Assembly: GCA_902560675.1 (NCBI GenBank)
Contig: CACEMP010000007.1
Coordinates: forward strand, 1,851-65,850
Reading direction: 5' to 3'
Source of the DNA: an uncultured Alphaproteobacteria bacterium
GTDB taxonomy: Bacteria > Pseudomonadota > Alphaproteobacteria > HIMB59 > GCA-002718135
Length of the DNA: 64,000 nucleotides
Shown: piece by piece, positions 60,005 to 64,000 of the stretch
Numbering within the stretch: the stretch's first letter is position 1
How the letters are laid out: the number at the start of each line of letters is the position of its first letter
Notes under the pieces: generated by a model
Told to the model about the DNA's origin: nothing
Databases searched by the model: none
What the model saw: the letters and a program-made list of their open reading frames with translations, nothing else
Program-made: the position numbers and the translations under genes

Positions 60005-60416
60005 AAATTAGAGTTAATGAAATACCTAAAGTCAAAGGTAGCCTTAAATGATAAAAAATATTTGTATATTTAGAATAAATAATAAATCTATCACAAGTTA
60101 ATTGAATGAGCATAAAAATAATGAGCAAAAGAAATTGAGTATAAAAACTAAAATTAAATTGGTTTAGTATTAGAACTATAGTTGAAAATAGACTAGGAAT
60201 AAATCCATATAATGCTCTAAAAATCCCAATTTTTTTTTTGAGATTCCAATTTATTGCACCAATAAAAACTATTATTAAAATGGTATAATAAACCAAGAAA
60301 TTTTTATAAATGTCTTCATTGATTAAATAAAAAAAATATTTATCTATAATAATTATTATATATGGAATAAATCCTAGGTATGAAAGTAAATATTGATAAT
60401 TGATTTTATAATTCAT
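59991..60416 (-). CDS. small polytopic membrane protein (DUF3429-like)
   Basis: 141 aa with 4 TM segments. LGFIPY and FIGAINW patterns resemble DUF3429. Confidence 0.4.
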   Translation of the reverse strand: MNYKINYQYLLSYLGFIPYIIIIIDKYFFYLINEDIYKNFLVYYTILIIVFIGAINWNLKKKIGIFRALYGFIPSLFSTIVLILNQFNFSFYTQFLLLIIFMLIQLTCDRFIIYSKYTNIFYHLRLPLTLGISLTLIFTLI

Positions 60417-60421
60417 ATCTT

Positions 60422-61300
60422 ATGTTAAATAATAACACTTTAAATAAAGTTCAAAAATTATTAAATAATAAAAACATTATAGATGGAAAATTGTTATCTG
60501 ATTCATTTGGAATTAATTGTATAAAGGTAAAAACAGATGATAAAATGGATTTTATCATTAAATATTACGATATTAAAAAAAATGAAAATTTTAATGCAAT
60601 ACAAGCTGAATCAAATAATCTAAAATATTTTAATAATTTAAAAATTAATTTTTTTCCTAAAGTAATAGTTAGTAGCAATAATTATTTAGTAATGTCATTC
60701 ATAAGTAATGACAGAAAACTTCCAAATGAAACAAAGAAAGATTTTTTAAAGGCAATTACCTCAATTCATCTTTGTAAGAAAAAAAATTATGGATTTGATT
60801 TTGATACACAAATTGGTGGACTAAAACAGATTAATAAGATCAATGATAATTGGATCGAATTTTATAGTAATTACAGACTTGGATATATTTTTGATTTGAT
60901 ATGTTCTTCCAATCCGATGAGCAGTAAAATTAATAAAAAAATAGAAACCATAATAAAAAAACTTGAAAATTATATTCCTAAAAAACCTGAATCCTCATTG
61001 TTACATGGTGATCTTTGGGAAGGAAATATACTTTTTTTTAAAGAAAAATTTGCTGGTTTTATTGATCCAGGTTCTTTTTATGGACATAATGAATTAGAAA
61101 TAGCGTATTTAAGATGGTTTAATCCTGAATTTATAAAAAAAAATTTTATGGAAGAATATAACGACATTATAAAGATTGATAAAGAATACTATAACTATGA
61201 ACCAATATATCAGCTATACTATTCATTACTAAATGTTTATCTATGGGATAGAATTTATATTAAAGATGTAGAAAGACTTCTAAAACATATTAAGATTTGA
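60422..61300 (+). CDS. fructosamine/ketosamine-3-kinase-family protein
   Basis: LLHGDLWEGNILF and IDPGSFYGHNELEIAY motifs. 292 aa. Confidence 0.8.
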   Translation: MLNNNTLNKVQKLLNNKNIIDGKLLSDSFGINCIKVKTDDKMDFIIKYYDIKKNENFNAIQAESNNLKYFNNLKINFFPKVIVSSNNYLVMSFISNDRKLPNETKKDFLKAITSIHLCKKKNYGFDFDTQIGGLKQINKINDNWIEFYSNYRLGYIFDLICSSNPMSSKINKKIETIIKKLENYIPKKPESSLLHGDLWEGNILFFKEKFAGFIDPGSFYGHNELEIAYLRWFNPEFIKKNFMEEYNDIIKIDKEYYNYEPIYQLYYSLLNVYLWDRIYIKDVERLLKHIKI

Positions 61301-61301
61301 G

Positions 61302-62354
61302 TTAGACACATGGATTAGGGTCACTTAAATGAATGTTTTCTATGTCTTTAATAATTTCTTCTGAAAGTTTAATATTAATACTATCAATATTTTCTTTTAA
61401 TTGATCTAGGTTTGTAGCACCTATAATATTACTTGTAACAAATGGTCTATCATTAACAAATGAATTGGCGAAGGTTGACGGAGGTATGTTGTACTTTTTT
61501 GCAAGATTAAAATAATGTTCTATTGCTATTTCACCTCTCTTAGTCTTATGACGTGAAAATTGATTTGGCCATAATGTAAATCTAGCATTTTTTGGATTTT
61601 TTCCTCCAATGTATTTTCCACTTAATCGTCCTCCAGCTAAAGGCGAGTATGCTAAGAGTCCACATTTTTCTCTTACCGCAACTTCAGAATTGGCAATGTC
61701 AAATACTCTATTAACTAAACTATAAACGTTTTGTACTGACATCATTCTTGGTAATTTTTTTTCTTTAGCAACCTGTAAGAATTTCATAATTCCCCATGGG
61801 GTTTCATTAGATAGTCCTACATAACGAACCTTGCCAGTTTTGACTAAAGTTTCTAGATTGTAAAGTACCTCTTCAATTTGTGTCCAGTTATTGTCATAGG
61901 CATCATACTGATAATCTAGTTGACCAAATTTTGGTACTTTTCTCTCTGGCCAATGTAATTGATAAAGATCGATGTAATCAGTTTTTAATCTTTTTAAACT
62001 TTCATCTATTGCTAAATTCATGTTTTTTTTATCAAAACCTAAATTTTCAGCACCATCTCTTATCCAATTTAAACCATCTGATTTTGATGCAATTTTGGAA
62101 GCAAGTACAATTTTTTTTCTATTATTTCTTTTATTAAACCAATTGCCAATTATTTCCTCAGTTTTACCATATGTCTCCTTTTTTGGTTTAACTGCATATA
62201 ACTCAGCAGTATCGAAAAAATTTACTCCTCTATCTAGAGCATAATCCATTTGAGCGAAGCTCTCTTGTTCTGTATTTTGTTCTCCAAAGGTCATTGTGCC
62301 AAGACAAATAACACTTACTTCTATTTCCGATGTTCCTAATTTTCTATACTTCAT
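61302..62354 (-). CDS. tas: NADP(H)-dependent aldo-keto reductase (Tas-like)
   Basis: LGTMTFGEQN, DTAELY and LYQLHWP. About 350 aa and collinear with E. coli Tas as I recall it. Confidence 0.8.
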   Translation of the reverse strand: MKYRKLGTSEIEVSVICLGTMTFGEQNTEQESFAQMDYALDRGVNFFDTAELYAVKPKKETYGKTEEIIGNWFNKRNNRKKIVLASKIASKSDGLNWIRDGAENLGFDKKNMNLAIDESLKRLKTDYIDLYQLHWPERKVPKFGQLDYQYDAYDNNWTQIEEVLYNLETLVKTGKVRYVGLSNETPWGIMKFLQVAKEKKLPRMMSVQNVYSLVNRVFDIANSEVAVREKCGLLAYSPLAGGRLSGKYIGGKNPKNARFTLWPNQFSRHKTKRGEIAIEHYFNLAKKYNIPPSTFANSFVNDRPFVTSNIIGATNLDQLKENIDSINIKLSEEIIKDIENIHLSDPNPCV

Positions 62355-62425
62355 ACTATTTTTATTAAAATATCTTGAAATTATGAGATTTATAGCGATA
62401 TTAGTATATAATAAAAGGAGAAATT

Positions 62426-63178
62426 ATGGCTTTAGACTTTAATCAACGATCTTATACTAAATCAGTAGATCAAGCAGCAATTGATGAAGGCTTGAGAGCG
62501 TACATGCTTAAAGTTTACAACTACATGACTACGGGATTGGTATTAACTGGGTTCATCGCATATTTTTTTGGAAAAGCATCTATTGTTACAGGAGAAAGTG
62601 GTCAAATCCTAGGTTACACAGAAATTGGTAGGTTGCTTTTTGGTTCACCATTAGCATGGGTTATTATGCTATCTCCATTAGGATTTGTTTTTTATCTTAG
62701 TGCAAGAATTAATAGAATATCAACAAGTGCCGCACAAATAACGTTTTGGTTGTTTGCATCTATAATGGGATTGTCTATGGCATCTATTTTTATACAGTTT
62801 ACAGGCACCTCTATCGCAAGAGTTTTTTTTATTACAGCAGGCACATTTGGAGCGATGAGTCTATACGGTTATACCACTAATAGAGATCTGACCAAGCTTG
62901 GTGGTTTTTTATTTATGGGTTTAATTGGTATAATTTTGGCAAGCATCGCTAATTTTTGGTTTCAAAGTGGACCTTTAGCATTTGCTATATCAGTTATTGG
63001 TGTTTTAGTTTTTGTTGGACTCACAGCATATGATACACAAAATATTAAAAACATGTATTATGGAGGAGATAGTGAAGAGATAGGATCAAAAAAAGCATTA
63101 ATGGGTGCTTTAAAATTATACTTGGATTTTATTAACTTATTCATATTGTTGCTTCAATTATTTGGTCAAAGAAGATAG
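62426..63178 (+). CDS. BAX inhibitor-1/YccA-family membrane protein
   Basis: 7 TM segments, N-terminal LRAYMLKVYNYM, and C-terminal LYLDFINLFILLLQL. Confidence 0.85.
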   Translation: MALDFNQRSYTKSVDQAAIDEGLRAYMLKVYNYMTTGLVLTGFIAYFFGKASIVTGESGQILGYTEIGRLLFGSPLAWVIMLSPLGFVFYLSARINRISTSAAQITFWLFASIMGLSMASIFIQFTGTSIARVFFITAGTFGAMSLYGYTTNRDLTKLGGFLFMGLIGIILASIANFWFQSGPLAFAISVIGVLVFVGLTAYDTQNIKNMYYGGDSEEIGSKKALMGALKLYLDFINLFILLLQLFGQRR

Positions 63179-63209
63179 TTCTTTTAAAATTAAAATATCT
63201 TTTTATTAT

Positions 63210-63239
63210 ACCCAGTCTTTATAAAGACTGGGTTTTTTT
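63210..63239 (+). terminator. rho-independent terminator
   Basis: ACCCAGTCT-TTATAA-AGACTGGGT hairpin followed by T7. Confidence 0.85.
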
Positions 63240-63247
63240 ATTAAATA

Positions 63248-64000
63248 ATGAATATAAACGACAGAATTAATTTAGTATTAAAAGAGTTCTCCATTGGTAA
63301 AAAAAAGGAGGCATATAAAAAACTTAAAGAAATTTTAAGTGAAAATCAAAAAAATGATCAGTTGCGTTTTAATATTGCTGTTATTGAACAATCACTAAAC
63401 CTAAATACAGAAGCAAAAAATAATTATAAATATTTAGTAAACAATAACTATAATTTTAAAGCTATGGTTAATTTATATTTAATTTATCTACAAGAAGAAG
63501 ATTTTAATTCGGCATTGGTGTTGATCAATAAAATAATTGATACAGATTATAGTTCTGAAAATATTTATAAAGACAAGGCATTTGTATTATTGAAATTAAA
63601 AAAATATGATGAGTCTTTAGAGATCTGTAAGAATTTTTTAAAAAAAAAAGATGACCTAGATTTTATAAATATTTTAGGATTAAATCATATTGAAAAAAAA
63701 AATATACCAGAAGCCGAAGCTATATTTAAGAAAGGATTAAAAATAGATGAAGGGAATTTTTCTTTACTAAATTCTATTGGTAAAATGTACCACGAAATAA
63801 GGGACTCTAAAAATGCAGAAAAATATCTTCTAAAGGCCTATGAAATAAAAAGTGATTCATATGAGATTCTTAACAACCTAGCAGGTTTTTATAGAGAAGA
63901 AACACAATATGAAAAAGCAATTTTATTATATAAAAAAGCATTAGAAATTAATCCATCAAACCCTTCATTAATAAATAATTTAGGTAAAGTTTACTTTGAT
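63248..64000 (+). CDS. TPR-repeat protein, 5' part only (runs off the window end)
   Basis: Not in the ORF track because there is no stop in the window. Own translation from ATG at 63248 gives 251 codons without a stop. Repeated A..Y..AL..(D/N)P-type 34-aa TPR units, e.g. YEKAILLYKKALEINPSNPSLINNLGKVY. Confidence 0.7.
   Translation, partial: MNINDRINLVLKEFSIGKKKEAYKKLKEILSENQKNDQLRFNIAVIEQSLNLNTEAKNNYKYLVNNNYNFKAMVNLYLIYLQEEDFNSALVLINKIIDTDYSSENIYKDKAFVLLKLKKYDESLEICKNFLKKKDDLDFINILGLNHIEKKNIPEAEAIFKKGLKIDEGNFSLLNSIGKMYHEIRDSKNAEKYLLKAYEIKSDSYEILNNLAGFYREETQYEKAILLYKKALEINPSNPSLINNLGKVYFD

Overview
This is a very AT-rich, very gene-dense alphaproteobacterial chromosome segment. GC is roughly 30% judged by eye on sampled lines, not computed. 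Gene content, tight packing and frequent 1-4 nt start/stop overlaps (ATGA, TAATG) fit a streamlined marine SAR11/Pelagibacterales-type genome. That assignment is inference; no database search was possible.

Content is almost entirely core housekeeping:
- A TCA super-cluster on the minus strand, sdhCDAB-mdh-sucCDAB-lpdA, preceded by zapE.
- A fused ribosomal/leucine block: rpsP-rimM-trmD-rplS-leuCDB-asd.
- ffh, dapF-mtaB-ftsY-yciB, pgk, gcrA, dxs, panB, dusA, rpoH.
- carD-fdxA-TerB-SUV3-like helicase-acnA.
- A complete ccmABCDEFGH cytochrome c maturation cluster.
- An orphan amino-acid-binding protein, folD, argG, an ECF sigma/ChrR-like pair, and one tRNA-Arg(UCG).

I see no rRNA, CRISPR array, IS element, integrase, prophage or recognisable defence/toxin system. 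I cannot honestly point to a large novel multi-gene system.

The most interesting signals are small or non-coding:
1. A GC-rich, helix-closed ~134-nt element in the only large gap of the TCA block.
2. A 58-aa poly-lysine (KKKKKAAP)n ORF absent from the ORF track, with its own leader, internal tandem repeat and two terminators.
3. Perfect 57-bp tandem repeats encoding an acidic tail on ribosomal protein S16, with a related tail on L19.
4. A metallophosphoesterase-fold protein in which every metal-binding motif is degenerate.
5. A ChrR-like anti-sigma factor lacking all four zinc ligands of the anti-sigma domain while keeping the cupin metal site.
6. A translationally coupled 46-aa ORF absent from the ORF track.

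Several ORF-track starts use TTG/GTG and look over-extended. I give adjusted starts where the sequence supports them.
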